Assembly: GCA_951406725.2 (NCBI GenBank)
Contig: OX597815.1
Coordinates: 15,624,001-15,688,000, forward strand
Length of the DNA stretch: 64,000 nucleotides
Direction of reading: 5' to 3'
Source: Octopus vulgaris
Taxonomy: Eukaryota
Below, piece by piece: positions 12,540 through 27,763 of the stretch; the stretch's first letter is position 1, and each line of letters begins with the position of its first letter. The notes under the pieces are model-generated. The model was not told where the DNA came from. It saw only the letters and a program-made list of their open reading frames with translations, and searched no databases. The position numbers and the translations under genes were made by a program.

Positions 12540-13450
12540 TTCCCGACGCACCAAACTTACAGAGACCAGACTAACTAATTAGTAAAGAGGTACTGATGTG
12601 GGGGAAACCGGAGGTGAGAAGAGCTAAAACGGCTATTAGAGTAATGTCGATAATGCGTAGCAAGGAAATTGTAAAAGCGAAATCTACACTATCGTAGAAC
12701 CTAGAAGAGGCGATTCGCGTAGGGAAGGTTGGCAAAGAATCTGGTATGGATCGACTTGGATAAATCGAATGCTTTCGATAAGAGTGACAATCAATAGTTC
12801 GCGACTATCTTCAAGGATTACAGTAATGTACAACGACATTTCTTCGGTGGTTAGAGCGAATGACCATTTATCTGGCCAATCAGTATCATGCGCTCGGTCC
12901 GTCAAAGCTATCTCCTCTCATCTCTGTATTTACTGACTGTTACGTAAACTAAAGGCATCGAGTGAACTAAGATTCAGAAGATCTGAACCGATATATACGG
13001 GCTACGTCACTGTAATAGTGTCGGCATACAGAGGTGATCCGCACTGCTCTAAGGAAATATGAAACAGTAACAGAAGCCAAGATCAGCCAGGGAAATTTGG
13101 TGGGCTGCAGCAAGGTACCTGGAGCGGCAGATCCATGCCATTCAATAACCTCCAACGGTGCTGCATGGATGCACCATTTAAATTTATCGGGATTTGATTA
13201 GGCTCAGATCTCCTGGTGGAGAACTAGGATAACGAGGTTACGAGCAGAGTGGCGAGTGTCAATCCGAAATGGGCTCAAAAGAAGCTCTCCCTAAAAGTTT
13301 AGGCAGAGGTAGCGAACGCCTATACCGCCTCAGTCATTTATTTCCACCTTTTACCCCAGTTCTCGGCCGACCAGATTGAAGCATTTGCTCTTCCACTTTT
13401 TGAGGAAAAGACGATTTCCACTGGTCAAGCGCTCTATTTGCTTTCGTGGA
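12540..13450 (+). mobile_element. Highly decayed L1/Tx1-like reverse transcriptase fragment (intronic)
   Basis: Remnant motifs DLDKSNAFD(RV) near 12755, RSVRQ.. near 12890, SAY.GD near 13020 and KYETVTEAKIS near 13055 parallel the RT motifs LD..KAFDRV, GVRQG, AYADD and YE.ASGAKIN. Confidence 0.55.
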
Positions 13451-13626
13451 GTTATGTTGAACAGTTATCAACCTGATGAAACGAAATACAAATCTAATCT
13501 AAATGGAATTTCAAGGTAAAATATGAAGGGACTCAATTAAATTACAACGTAATTGTCCGCTACTCTCCCTGATTCTGTTACCCACCCAAACCACACTATA
13601 AGGATTGGAAAGATATGTTAACTTAC

Positions 13627-13849
13627 CATTGTCCTTGGTGGTTGGTTTTTCAGTTTTCAACTGGAGTGAGCTTTCAGCAGATTGTCGTTTTACTTTACTT
13701 GTTGACTGTGCCGGAAGGACGAAGCCACTTGCAGTGTGTTCTTCCATAAAACAAGACAAGCAAATCAAAGACAGCAACAAGGACAGCATCACTGACTGGA
13801 CACTGATGCTGCAAAGGTGAGACGATGGGAAAAAGAACTTCAGCTCCAT
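13627..13849 (-). CDS. First coding exon of a putative secreted peptide precursor (signal peptide, KVKR site)
   Basis: Strong Kozak gccATGG at 13849. Hydrophobic MLSLLLSLICLSCF and probable ASG|FVLP cleavage, then KVKR-Q. Canonical donor AATG|GTAAGT at 13626. Upstream acceptor ttgac...tttttcAG| at 13977/13976 implies a further 5' non-coding exon. Confidence 0.75.
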
Positions 13850-14163
13850 GGCAACCAGGACAAAAGTTTTACTGGTGAGGGCAGTATGAGCAGCAAGTCT
13901 TCGACGATGTCTTCTGTTCTCCTTCTGGTGTCACCGCTGTGTTGTTTATGCTTGATCTAAACGTGTACGCAGCAACTGAAAAATGCACATACGTCAATGT
14001 AAATATGCCAGTAAGGGTAAGCCAACATGCTTTAACGTTGTTTGCCGTAACGATGCACGAAATGAAGTGGCCTTTCCCAAGGGCACAACGCGATGCCCAG
14101 GATTTGTATCAAACTCACGAACTTAACGATCGTCAGTCCAGAAGACGACCATCATGAGGCTAG

Positions 14164-14778
14164 GCACACACACACACACACACGCATACACACGCACACA
14201 CGTACACACACACACACGCACACACGCACACATACATACACACACGCACACATACATACACACACACACACACGCATACACACGTACACACACACGCACA
14301 CACGCACACATACATACACACACGCACACACGCACACATACATACACACACGCACACACACATACATACGCACATGCACACACGTATGCATACAAACACA
14401 CACATTCACATACATAAGCACACAACTTGTATCAATTACAGGACCCCAAAAGCGCGACGAAACCTTTTACTACTTCATAATAGACAGTACTAATCATAAC
14501 GGAACAAAATATGAATATAAGTTTTAGTTCTTAAATGGTTAGAATTAAAAATTCTTCTAAGATGGAATTCTTTCACTTCCAGCGCAGTGTCTCAGATCAG
14601 CCACATACATACAAAACACATACATACATACATACATACATACATACATACATACATACATACATACATACATACATACATACATACATACATACATACA
14701 TACATACATACATACATGCATGCAAAATACATACATACATACATGCATACAAAACACATACATACATACACACATACA

Positions 14779-14812
<34 letters not shown>

Positions 14813-14934
14813 CATACATACATACATACATACATACATACATACATACATACATACATGCATGCATGCATACATACATACATACATACATGCATGCATG
14901 CATACATACATACATACATACATACATATAAACA

Positions 14935-14966
<32 letters not shown>

Positions 14967-15158
14967 AACATACATACATACATACATACACATATACATA
15001 CATACATACATACATACATACATACATACATACACACATACATACATACATACATACATACACATATACATACATACATACATACATACATACATACATA
15101 CATACATACATACATACATTCATACATACATACATACATACATACATACATACATACA

Positions 15159-15189
<31 letters not shown>

Positions 15190-15239
15190 TATACATACAT
15201 ACATACATACATACATACATGCATGCATACATACATACA

Positions 15240-15273
<34 letters not shown>

Positions 15274-15436
15274 CATGCATGCATACATACATACATACAT
15301 ACATACATGCATGCATACATACATACATACATACATACATACATACATACATGCATGCATGCATACATACATACATACATACATACATACATACATACAT
15401 ACATACATACATACATACATACATACATACATACAT
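14164..15436. repeat. (CA)n/(CACG) and long (TACA)n microsatellite blocks
   Basis: Visible directly, with a short unique spacer at about 14420-14600. Confidence 0.9.
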
Positions 15437-15672
15437 GAGACACCCTTCGGTCATGACTGACCATGGGATTGCACCTAGAAAGTTCCCCCTCCGAGGCACA
15501 AGTCCAGAAAGGTTGTTTATGGAAGGCCAGCAGTCGCCCATGCATGCCGGCCTCCCCACTCCACGCCACCAGTGTTATCCAAGGAAAAGGCAAAGGCAAA
15601 GGTCGATACAGCTTGACACCAGCGACGTCGCAACACATTTTTACAGCTGAGTGAATTGGAGCAACGTGAAAT
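15436..15672 (-). mobile_element. SINE/LINE 3' fragment with an RTE-type tail
   Basis: cttgtgcctcggaggggaactttctaggtgcaatcccatggtcagtcatgaccgaaggg runs into (TGTA)n; the same 3' motif occurs at 21040-21105(+). Confidence 0.65.
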
Positions 15673-17411
15673 TAATAATATAATTATTAATTTTTTAATT
15701 TTTAATAATTAATTTTTTTATATATTTCATAAATATATTATATATTAATATTTGATATTTAAGTAAGTAATAATGGACTATTTAATTTATTTAGTTTTCA
15801 TTATATGTCTATATATCTATTGATAGAGTAATTTTAGATCTTAATTTTTATATTATTGATAATAATTTAGTTATTATTCTTAAATATTTTATAATTATTA
15901 GATTTGAACTTAAATTTAAAAATAAGAATAGTGATTATTTTGTTAAATAATTTGGTAATTAGATATTGACTATAACTGAGTTTAGGATATTCGTGAGCTT
16001 ATTACGTTTTTTAAAACCATATTATATCTTAATAGATAAATATATTTTTCTATCTATTTTTTTACCTTAAAAATTAATATTTAACATAATAAATGGGTTG
16101 TATGACATAATCATAATGTTTTAGAGTTTTTTATAAGAAAAATTATTATTTTATTTATTTCTTAAAAAATATTGCTTAACTCTATTTGCTTATTTATTTA
16201 ACTATTATCATTAACCTGAAGATTGACTATAATTTTAATTCGAATTGAATTATAGCCATGAAGCGTACGTAGTGTTTTTACTTATTATATCATATTAAAC
16301 TTTTTAATACTTTTTGGTTAGTTTAATAAAAAAAAGTTTGAAAGTTTAAAAGTTTAAAAATTTAAAATATAAAAATATAAAAATTTATAAATTTTAAAAT
16401 TTCAAATATCAATAATTTAAATTTTATATTTTATATATATTTTGTATATTATATTAATTATATTTATTTTTTTGGTTTTATGTTTTGGTATATGTCTATC
16501 ACTGTTTGAGTTGCCTAATAGTGGTTTTATCTCTAATTTAATTTTCATATATATATATATATATATATACAGATATATACACTTTGTATATATACATAAT
16601 ATATACATATTTATATATAGAACACACACACACACACACACACATATAAATTAACCCAATAAATATCTGATTCATAATATTTGTTCTCATGATTGTGTGG
16701 TGCTGGTGGCAATAATAATTCTCTCTATGAATGCAGACAGACGTACAGAGAGAGAGAGAGAGAGAGAGGATGTGGAAGAAAGAGTGAAAGCGGCGGGGAA
16801 AAGATAGTAGACACTGTTAAACGACGTTATAAAGAGAAATCGAAAGGAAGGGGGGAAAGAGAGAGAGATGGAGGAAGACAGACACATAAAAGAATGAGAG
16901 AAGACTTGTCAAAGTGTGCGTTGTTTTGCCCTAGTAACCACACCTTTTAAGATAGGGGTTTCTAATCTAGCCCACTCACATCCTCACCTCATTTTACATG
17001 TCTCTGTAAATTTTGGAGTCAATCCGACGGGATCTAGTGGCCTTTAACCCGTTCCAATGCCAAAACCAGAAAAACAAACTTTTCGCATTTCAGATTTATA
17101 GATATTGATAAATTAAGCAAAAAAATAGAGAAATCTTAATCAACAGCAAATTGACTACCATCGATTATTATTTTTTAACACAAAATAATAATTGATGGTG
17201 GTCAAGTGTTGATGATAAAGATTTCTCCATTTTCTGCTTAATTTCAATTTGATTCCTGATAAAGTGTTGTTTATCTTTATTATTGCCTGTATCCTATGTC
17301 CATAATATGCTTGCATATGTATGCTAAGGGTTAACATAGCTAATTTATACAGGTAGTAAAACGGATACTCTTATCCCTTAGACGATTGTTCCAACTGCTA
17401 ACTCTACTAAC

Positions 17412-17472
<61 letters not shown>

Positions 17473-17497
17473 TAGATAGATAGATAGATAGATATAA

Positions 17498-17910
17498 GGC
17501 ACAGGAGCGGCTGTGTGGTAAGTGGCTTGCTTACCAACCGCATGGTTCCGGGTGTTCAGTCCCACTGCGTGACACCTTGGGCAAGTGTCTTCTACAATAG
17601 CCTCGGACCGACCAAAGCCCTGTGAGTGGATTTGGTAGACGGAAACTGAAAGAAGTCCGTCGTATATATGTATATTTATATGTATGTGTGTGTATATGTT
17701 TGTGTGTGTCTGTGTTTGTCCACCCAACATCACTTGACAACCGATGCCGGTGTGTTTACGTCCCCGTAACTTAGCGGTTCGGCAAAAGAGATCAATAGAA
17801 TAAGTACTAGGCTTGCAAAGAATAAGTCCTGGGGGCAATTTGCTCGACTAAAAGCGGTGCTCTAGCATGGCCGCTGTCAAATGACTGAAACAAGTAAAAG
17901 AATAAAAGAA
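17498..17910 (+). mobile_element. tRNA-derived SINE family C with an internal (TG/TATG) microsatellite
   Basis: A-box-like GGCTGTGTGGTAAG and B-box-like GTTCAGTCCC; ends gactgaaacaagtaaaagaataaaag. Copies at 36889-37342, 57955-58365, 50780-51130(-) and 63820-63990. Confidence 0.85.
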
Positions 17911-17939
17911 TATATATATATTTTTAAAAATAAATAAAT

Positions 17940-18183
17940 GTGCCCTTTTAAAGCCTAGCCATGTTCATGGGCCCGGTTTCCCGGTTTCAATGGTGTATAT
18001 GTTCCCCAGCTGGACGGGGCGCCAGTCCATCGCAGCGTTACTCATTTTTGCCAGCTGAGTGGACTGGAGCAACGTGAAACGAAGTGTTTTGCTCAAGAAC
18101 ACAACGCATCGCCCGGTTCAGGAATCGAAACCACAATCTTACGATCATGATGCTGACACCCTAACCACTAAGCTACGCGCCTC

Positions 18184-18185
<2 letters not shown>
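17940..18185 (-). mobile_element. tRNA-derived SINE related to family A
   Basis: The minus strand begins GGAGGCGCGTAGCTTAGTGGTTAGGGTGTCAGC...GGTTTCGATTCC. Confidence 0.75.
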
Positions 18186-18217
<32 letters not shown>

Positions 18218-18222
18218 CACAC

Positions 18223-18268
<46 letters not shown>

Positions 18269-18269
18269 G

Positions 18270-18341
<72 letters not shown>

Positions 18342-18356
18342 CATATATATACACAC

Positions 18357-18413
<57 letters not shown>

Positions 18414-18414
18414 C

Positions 18415-18705
18415 GGAGGCGCAATGGCCCAGTGGTTAAGGCAACGGACTCGCGGTCGTAGGATCGCGGTTTCGATTCCCAGACCGGGCGTTGTGAGTGT
18501 TTATTGAGCGAAAACACCTGAAAGCTCCACGAGTCTCAGGCAGAGGGTGGTGATCCCTGCTGTACTCTTTCACCACTCTTTCTCACACTATTTCTTCTGT
18601 ATATGTATATATGCACACACAAAGGGGTGGCGTCATTCGAAGGCTAAAACAATGCGAACGCATTGTGACCAGCGATGTGTAACTACATCTGATGGACTGG
18701 TCGGT

Positions 18706-18747
<42 letters not shown>

Positions 18748-18762
18748 TAGATAGATATATAT

Positions 18763-18835
<73 letters not shown>

Positions 18836-18955
18836 CCTGCTCGCTTAGCCAGCGGGGTGGCGTCATTTAAAGGCTAAAACAATGCGAAGCGCATTGTGAC
18901 CAGCGATGTGTAGCAACATCTGATAGCCTGGTCGGTCACGGTGACGGTGATCACA

Positions 18956-18960
<5 letters not shown>
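18415..18960 (+). mobile_element. SINE family A copy plus a duplicated 3' part, separated by (TA)n
   Basis: Head at 18415. The segment ggggtggcgtcatt..aaggctaaaacaatgcgaa occurs at about 18623 and again at about 18853. Confidence 0.8.
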
Positions 18961-18999
<39 letters not shown>

Positions 19000-19096
19000 T
19001 ATATACATAATTATTATTTGAGGGAATATTAATCCTAACTTACAGGGAAAAAATTCAGTTTAGGAATACTAAATCAAATTTCACACAATGATGATG

Positions 19097-19148
<52 letters not shown>

Positions 19149-19359
19149 AAATTAGAAAAAAACACATTTTATCATTTCAAAATGAACAATTAAATTAAAT
19201 AGAAATATTAAAATTAAAATAACAATAAAATACCTATGATTTTGCAATTTACTTAATCATTGGTATTTTATTGTTATTTTAATTTTAATATTTCTATTAT
19301 ATTTAATTTTCTAGATTGTGTAATTTAATTGTTTATTTTGAATTGATAAAAGGTGTTTT

Positions 19360-19419
<60 letters not shown>

Positions 19420-19569
19420 TATATATATATACATACATATATATATTATATATATAATATTATATATATATATATATTATATATATAATATTATATATAT
19501 ATATACACACACATACATATATATATATATATGTATATATCGAGAGTGAGATAGAGAGAGATGAGGGTA

Positions 19570-20229
<660 letters not shown>

Positions 20230-22349
20230 TTGTTATTGCAAATGCACGGGTTTTGAAACGCAAAGAAAGGGGGCGTGTTGATTAAAAAGATAGCTAGAAG
20301 ACTCATTGTTAGGATCTCTTGAAATTGTTTATCATGTGTCCCTTCCCACGATCAGCCCCGTGAAACCATTCCTCCACTGGTCCGAACCCACCAATACCTA
20401 AATACTAGAATTATGTGACAATGGTGGGCGTTGAAAGTGAACGTGGCTCGGGCGCAAAACAAGGGTTGGGGAGAGAAAATGAAAACACTTGATCACGATG
20501 TTATATAATCACAGGGTCTTTGAAATGCGTACATACATGTGTGTGTATGTTTGGACTTATGTATTTATTATATGCATATATTTTGTGTATGTGCATATTT
20601 ATATGTATATTCACATTTAAGTATGTGTGAATGTGTTGTGTGTCTGTGGGTGTATTGTGAGTAAACACACACACACACACACACACACATACACAGAAAC
20701 GCACATAACACACATTGGCACCTCCATATATGTATATATGCACACACAAATTTTTATATGAAGATAGATTGTATGATGAAATTGTTGTCGCCTGAGCTTT
20801 AATTCTATTTTTAAAACAAGCAGGTTTTTAAAAATATGGGACCCCAATTGGAACCTAATAAGTCGACTTTAAATCATTTGCTGATTAGAAAAGAAAAAGA
20901 CCAGGTGTTTCATATACCCAAAGGCACCATTTCACGTAAACTTCACATATTTCAGAAACACAATATTTAACTAGTTATTTCCTGTTTATATTTCCTAGAG
21001 TGGAGGCGCCTGCTGGTCTTCCATAAACAACCTTGCCCAGACTTGTGCCTCGGAGGGTAACTTTCTAGGTGCAATCCCATGGTCATTCATGACCGAAGGG
21101 GGTCACACAATCAAAAATTATCTGTAAAACAGATGAATTTGAGATTGCTTTCCTTGCCAATAGTCCTCTCATATAACATATTCCACGGCTTTCGAGTGTT
21201 TTGTGACTTGGAGAGTTCCTCTCCCCGACACAGTCCTGAGTAAGGTTTTTTTGAAAGACTAACGGTTGTCCCTGTAAGCAGGTTTTCCTCTCCCTATACC
21301 GTCAATGCTGTCCAAAGAAAAAGCAATTGCCGATACAGTTTGACATCCTTGTTGTCCCAGGCATTGCTGTCAGAGTGCAAAGAGCTGAGACATACACAGC
21401 AAAGTATCCCGTCCAACTCTCTAGCACTTCCGCCAGTCTATCGCACTAACTTGACACTTTATTTATCGACCGCTAAAGGATGAAAGGCCAAGTTGACGTC
21501 TGTGGTATTTGAACTCACAAATACTGCAAAGCATTTTGCCCGATGTTTTGACGATTTCACTAATTCACCAACAGCATAATAAATCACTAAATGCAATTAG
21601 TAAATTTAATTAGTAAAGCACATCAACCACGTTAAACGTAATCAAGGAGGAGGAGGAGGAGGAGGTACTCATAACCTTTGAAGATACTCCCAGCTTGGTG
21701 GGGATTTTAAGACTTGAGTTTCCGCTTGACTTTTGGGAAGATTAACAAAACCACAACCAGAATGTCAGAGGGCTTCAACTTTGAGATGGAATTATTTATA
21801 AAGATGTCTTTCAAAAAAAAACACATTGTTGTTGTTGTTGATGTTGCTGTTCTTATTGTTGTTGTTGTTGTTGTTGTTATCGTTGTTGTTGTTGTTGCTG
21901 CTGCTGTTATTCTTGTTCTCGCTGCTACTGCGGTTCTTGTTTAAGTCCCAGGCCGTTACCATTGTCTTTTTTTTTTCAAACACAATGTATCTAGGACTTC
22001 ATTGTCCAAAGTGTTCTTCCCTATTTTTAAGGATAGTGATTTAATTGATTTTTGTTTCTATTTCTAGCAAGTCAAACGACCACATAGAATTAGAGAAACG
22101 AAATCTCCCTCAAATCTCAACCTATCGTCTTTAAAACGAAAGATACATTGGATTACGTAATCCTAAATACTCCATGTCTGAGAAAACCGAAAGAGTATCG
22201 TCACGGTTGTGATGCTTTTTGATCCTAAGTTAGCTTGATCAAAATAGACATGGATCTAAATAAAACATCTTTAATCATTCCTACCCGAAACAAAAAAAGT
22301 TCTTCTTCAAACAGATTATCGGATCAGATTACATATATCATTATACTTT

Positions 22350-22865
22350 GAGTAGATATTTCAGTGACGTTGATGTTGAATCGATTATATGCGTACACTC
22401 TTATTGAACTCCCAGACTGGTGACGACTTAAGGAGTTGATATCCGTTGTGATTCTTGTGGATATAACAAAACGCCATATCCAACGAAGTACCAGAGATTT
22501 GGAAACAGATTCCGCTGAAGTATCAGGCTCTCGCAGAATCGGTCAATGCCAATTAAAAGATACGTACAATTCTGAGAAGGAAGTAGTGGCCCCATGATGT
22601 TGATAAGCACCTGATGGAAACGTACGTTCGGTTTTGTAAAAGTGCCAAGAGGCAACTTAACATGCAGCGCAACTCCTGGTACATTCACGGATGTCCGTTT
22701 TGACACAAGCCCATACAAAAACGATGTCAATTTCTGTTTTCAGTTGATACCAGGATGTGATAAGCAAAGTGGCAATAAAACTGACGTCGATGGTATATAC
22801 AAGTCTTCATGACCGTTAGAGATGGCACGCTAAATATGGTAAGGGCACCAGCTGGAATTTCAAGG
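22350..22865 (-). mobile_element. Ty3/Gypsy integrase relic
   Basis: PLGTFTKPNVRFHQVLINIMGPLLPSQNCTYLLIGIDRF matches the rve N-terminal motif (RF.HVH.D.VGPLP.S.G..YLLT..DRF). Confidence 0.75.
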
Positions 22866-22869
22866 ATGA

Positions 22870-23457
22870 AGAATTACTTAGGAGACCAGGATAAGTCATG
22901 GACGTCTTATGTGTGTTGCCTTAGATGTGTGAAGACATTGAGTGCCTGGTATCATGATATGGGATGTAACGTCTCTAAAAGTTCATGTGCTTCATTCTCA
23001 TTTGGATTTTTTTGCGGAAAATCTTGGTAATGTGAGTGATGAATATGGCGGAAGATTCCATCAGAATATTTCAGTGACGGAGCGATGATTCAAAGGAAAA
23101 TGGAACCCTGGTATGTCGGCAGACAACTGATGGGGTATAAAAAAAGAAGATTACACTCCGCACAAGAGGCTTAGAAGGACAAAAGTTGTTTAAACTGAAA
23201 GGTGTGTTCATAACCAATATATGTTTTGTTATACCAACTAAATTTTTTTGTTTTTTGTAATTTTCAGTATTTGCAATGTTGTGTTCAATACGCAATATTA
23301 TGCAGTATATTATAAAACATATGGTTCATGGTACAGGAAAACGGTGCCTAATCTGGAGAAAGAAAGGTCAGAATCAGAATCAGGACAATTTTTTGACCCA
23401 GAAACAAGTCTTACTTGACTTGTACTTTTTTTTTAGCCTGAAATTTGTTGCACAGTG
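22870..23457 (+). mobile_element. Internally deleted DNA transposon relic, Chapaev3 (CMC)-like
   Basis: GDQDKSW..VCC..C is fused directly to the frameshifted C-terminal MGCN.SLKVH.LHSHLDFF.ENLGNVSDE.G.RFHQ.I...E.RFKGKWN; the element ends TTTGTTGCACAGTG. Family name from recall of these motifs. Confidence 0.65.
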
Positions 23458-23723
23458 ATATTAGAATCGGAGAATGGTTAACTGCTTACAAGAGAATTGG
23501 TGCAAGTTTTCAGGTGAATAGTGTTAGCAAAACTGATATAATGCTAACTTCGGTACCACCAACATCAAGAAGGAAACGGGTACCTGTGGGTCGGTCATTA
23601 ACGAAGAGAAGGCAACCTTGCTTCTGAGCGTGAGACACATTCACCGTCCTTAATTCCAAGCTGCCTCGTTTCCTGGATGGGAAGAAAAGTTTTTTGGAAA
23701 AACAACGAGACTTACAGTGTGTA

Positions 23724-23758
<35 letters not shown>

Positions 23759-24132
23759 AAGAGAAAGAGAGAAAGGGGGTAGCGAAAGAGAGAGGCTGCA
23801 AAATACAGCTTGTAGCTGACAGAAAGAAGCTTACCCATTTGTTTCTCATATAGCACCAATAAGTACCTATCTGAATAAGGTGACTGTGACTGCAGGTAAA
23901 ATCGGCTCGTCTAGGTTAAACTCCTTTCCACCTAAGATATTGGCGAATTTCTGACAGTTTAAACCAATGATATTTAAGTGTACAACATGAGGACAATGGA
24001 ATCTTTATTTTCTCATATATCTATCTATCTATCTAAAGTTAATCCAAACATGAAAGCACAAAAAAACACAACGCGAGGACGTGGAACAAATATAGTATTA
24101 TTGGACGCTCAGGAAAGAAGGAAAGAAGGATG

Positions 24133-24167
24133 GTTTAACGTTTCGAGCGGAGCTCTTCGTCGGAAAC
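24133..24167 (-). ncRNA. Minimal Penelope-type hammerhead ribozyme motif (core variant CCGACGA)
   Basis: Minus strand reads gttt-CCGACGA-a-gagc tcc gctc-GAAA-CG-UU-aaac: stem I gttt/aaac, stem II gagc/gctc, loopless palindromic stem III ACGU. One core position (U4) is changed. Confidence 0.5.
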
Positions 24168-24731
24168 ATAGGAGAAGGAAAGATCCAGAGAAGGGAAGAC
24201 AGAGGGAAAAAAATCGCCAACGGTACACACGTGGTCACATTTTCTATCTATCTATCTTTCTGCATATGTGCGTGTGTGCGTGTTTTAAATTTAGAATAAA
24301 CACGGAATGTGAAAAGAGATATTGCTCTATGACAGACGCCAAGTATCAAAGGTACACTGTGATCAACAATCGAAGACTATTTATCTGAAAGTGAAAAATT
24401 TCAGGGAGCGGTTTCATACTTCTAAGATAAGTGAAATTCAGAAAACTTAGGGTCCTCATCCCAAAGATATTAACGGCAACAAAAACGATGAAACCTCTCA
24501 ATAACAGCTTTAAAAATGTCCACAAACATTGTTTGGCTTTAACTAACGGTCTGCAAAAAACTTGATAGATTACTGGTGGTGTTATGCTAGAGCAAAGCCG
24601 AGTAATGCCCAAGCTTCTAACGAATCTTGATGAAGCTTTGTCTGGACTTCTAAAATTAAATCACATGATCCCATACATACCCCATTCATCCACGACTTAC
24701 AAAGACTTATTTTTTTCCAGAAACATCTATG

Positions 24732-24798
<67 letters not shown>

Positions 24799-25020
24799 TC
24801 TCACTCTCCCTCTCTCTTTACCGCCTGAAACGGTAAAAGATCTTGAAGACAAATTTCACCGCCTTGGCAAAATTCTTCATTCATAAATATTCACAAACAA
24901 CACTGAAATGGCAAATATTTGTAAATATTCATAATTACTTTCCTTTAATATTCTCAACTACTGTTGAATCGTTCTGAAGCTCACTCTGCTAGTTCTTTTC
25001 TCAGCATATACGGGTGTTCA

Positions 25021-25070
<50 letters not shown>

Positions 25071-25277
25071 AATGTTTTTTTAATTTTCTCCTGGTTTGCG
25101 GAATTAATGTTTGTTTTGCGGTTGAAGCTTTGGCTGTTATTTCTAGTGGGTGAATGGCCTATTATGGCCGTTCCTTGATTTTGATGTTGAATTTATAAAT
25201 GGTCTATGACTATTTAATTTTTTCCACTAGGCCGCTGGTGGCAAAAAAATTCTACGATATTTTTTGCCACCCTATAT

Positions 25278-25709
<432 letters not shown>

Positions 25710-25752
25710 TTCTATATATTCACCCACGTGCTTTCACAAACCAATTTTCTTA

Positions 25753-25796
<44 letters not shown>

Positions 25797-26123
25797 AATG
25801 TACACTTCATGTGCGTGTTAATGTTGATGTAATATCTATTATATAACATAACTAACAAGATTATGAAACACCTGTAAACGAATGCAATAAACATCGACTC
25901 TCTCATCTCATTTCTCTTATTTGTTCTATACATGTGTATAGCGGCGGCGTCGGTGGTGGTGGCGGTGGTGGCGGCGGCGTCGGTGGTGGTGGCGGTGGTG
26001 GCGGCGGCGGCGGAGAGTTTACGAAAAAAAACAAAAGACGAAGACAGGTGGTGTACAAAACAAACAGATGTATTAGTATAACGCTCAGGAATAGAAAAAT
26101 ATCTTTTACGTTTCGAGGTAATA

Positions 26124-27213
26124 GGTATTTCGTCTGCCGTTACGTTCTGAGTTCAAATTCCGCCGAGGTCGACTTTACCTTTCATCCTTTCGGGATAGAT
26201 TAAATAAGTACCAGTTACGCACTGGGGTCGATATAATCGATTTAGTCCGTTTGTCTGTCCTTGTTCGTCCCCTCTGTGGGTTGTAAAGAAATAGGTATTT
26301 CGTCTGCCGTTACGTTCTGAGTTCAAATTCCGCCGAGGTCGACTTTACCTTTCATCCTTTCGGGATAGATTAAATAAGTACCAGTTACGCACTGGGGTCG
26401 ATATAATCGATTTAGTCCGTTTGTCTGTCCTTGTTTGTCCCCTCTGTGTTTAGCCCCTTGTGGGTAGTAAAGAAATAGGTATTTCGTCTGCCGTTACGTT
26501 CTGAGTTCAAATTCCGCCGAGGTCGACTTTACCTTTCTTCCTTTCGGGGTCGATTAAATAAGTACCAGTTACGCACTGGGGTCGATATAATCGATTTAGT
26601 CCGTTTGTCTGTCCTTGTTCGTCCCCTCTGTGTTTAGCCCCTTGTGGGTTGTAAAGAAATAGGTATTTCGTCTGTCTTTTCGTTCTGAGTTCAAATTCCG
26701 CCGAGGTCGACTTTACCTTTCATCCTTTCGGGATCGATTAAATAAGTACCAGTTACGCACTGGGGTCGATATAATCGATTTAGTCCGTTTGTCTGTCCTT
26801 GTTCGTCCCCTCTGTGTTTAGCCCCTTGTGGGTAGTAAAGAAATAGGTATTTCGTCTGCCGTTACGTTCTGAGTTCAAATTCCGCCGAGGTCGACTTTAC
26901 CTTTCTTCCTTTCGGGGTCGATTAAATAAGTACCAGTTACGCACTGGGATAATCGATTTAGTCCGTTTGTCTGTCCTTGTTCGTCCCCTCTGTGTTTAGC
27001 CCCTTGTGGGTTGTAAAGAAATAGGTATTTCGTCTGTCTTTACGTTCTGAGTTCAAATTCCGCCGAGGTCGACTTTACCTTTCATCCTTTCGGGATCGAT
27101 TAAATAAGTACCAGTTACGCACTGGGGTCGATATAATCGATTTAGTCCGTTTGTCTGTCCTTGTTCGTCCCCTCTGTGTTTAGCCCCTTGTGGGTTGTAA
27201 AGAAATAGGTATT
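26124..27213 (+). mobile_element. Headless tandem array of six SINE family B body units (170-184 bp)
   Basis: Units start at 26124, 26294, 26478, 26662, 26846 and 27024; the junction is AAGAAATA|GGTATTTCGTC. Confidence 0.9.
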
Positions 27214-27544
27214 GTTGTTGTTGTTTAGCCCCTGGTCAACTCAGATTAACCAGATCAACGATGTTTCAATAGAAGCCCGTCCTTTTTTACACATAGCCTC
27301 CCGAGAACTGCTTTATCCGATATGTTTCACTTTTTGGGACAGTAATGTTATAAGGGACACACAGCTCCTATTTCTAGTGATGATGGTGGTAGTGGTAGTG
27401 GTAGTGGTGGGGGAGGGTCGCCGTTGCTGTTTGGTCCAAGTCAGCTATGATCCAGCCATGGCCATCCCTTTTTCTACTACTTAGTGTATCTAGGACTGCA
27501 GTAACTAATTTATCCTATGTTTTATGATAGTAGTGTGTTGCTGC

Positions 27545-27580
<36 letters not shown>

Positions 27581-27598
27581 CGCTATTCTTCGCAGCCA

Positions 27599-27639
<41 letters not shown>

Positions 27640-27731
27640 ACATACCAAATACGACAACAGAGACCACACACGGACCAGACAAACCATTGTCAACAAGTCC
27701 TATACACCACAAACCCATGGCACACCAACCT

Positions 27732-27763
<32 letters not shown>

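Noticed and set aside
13473-13490. Hammerhead core CTGATGA-aac-GAAA
   Set aside because: There is no room for stem II and no stem I or III pairing.
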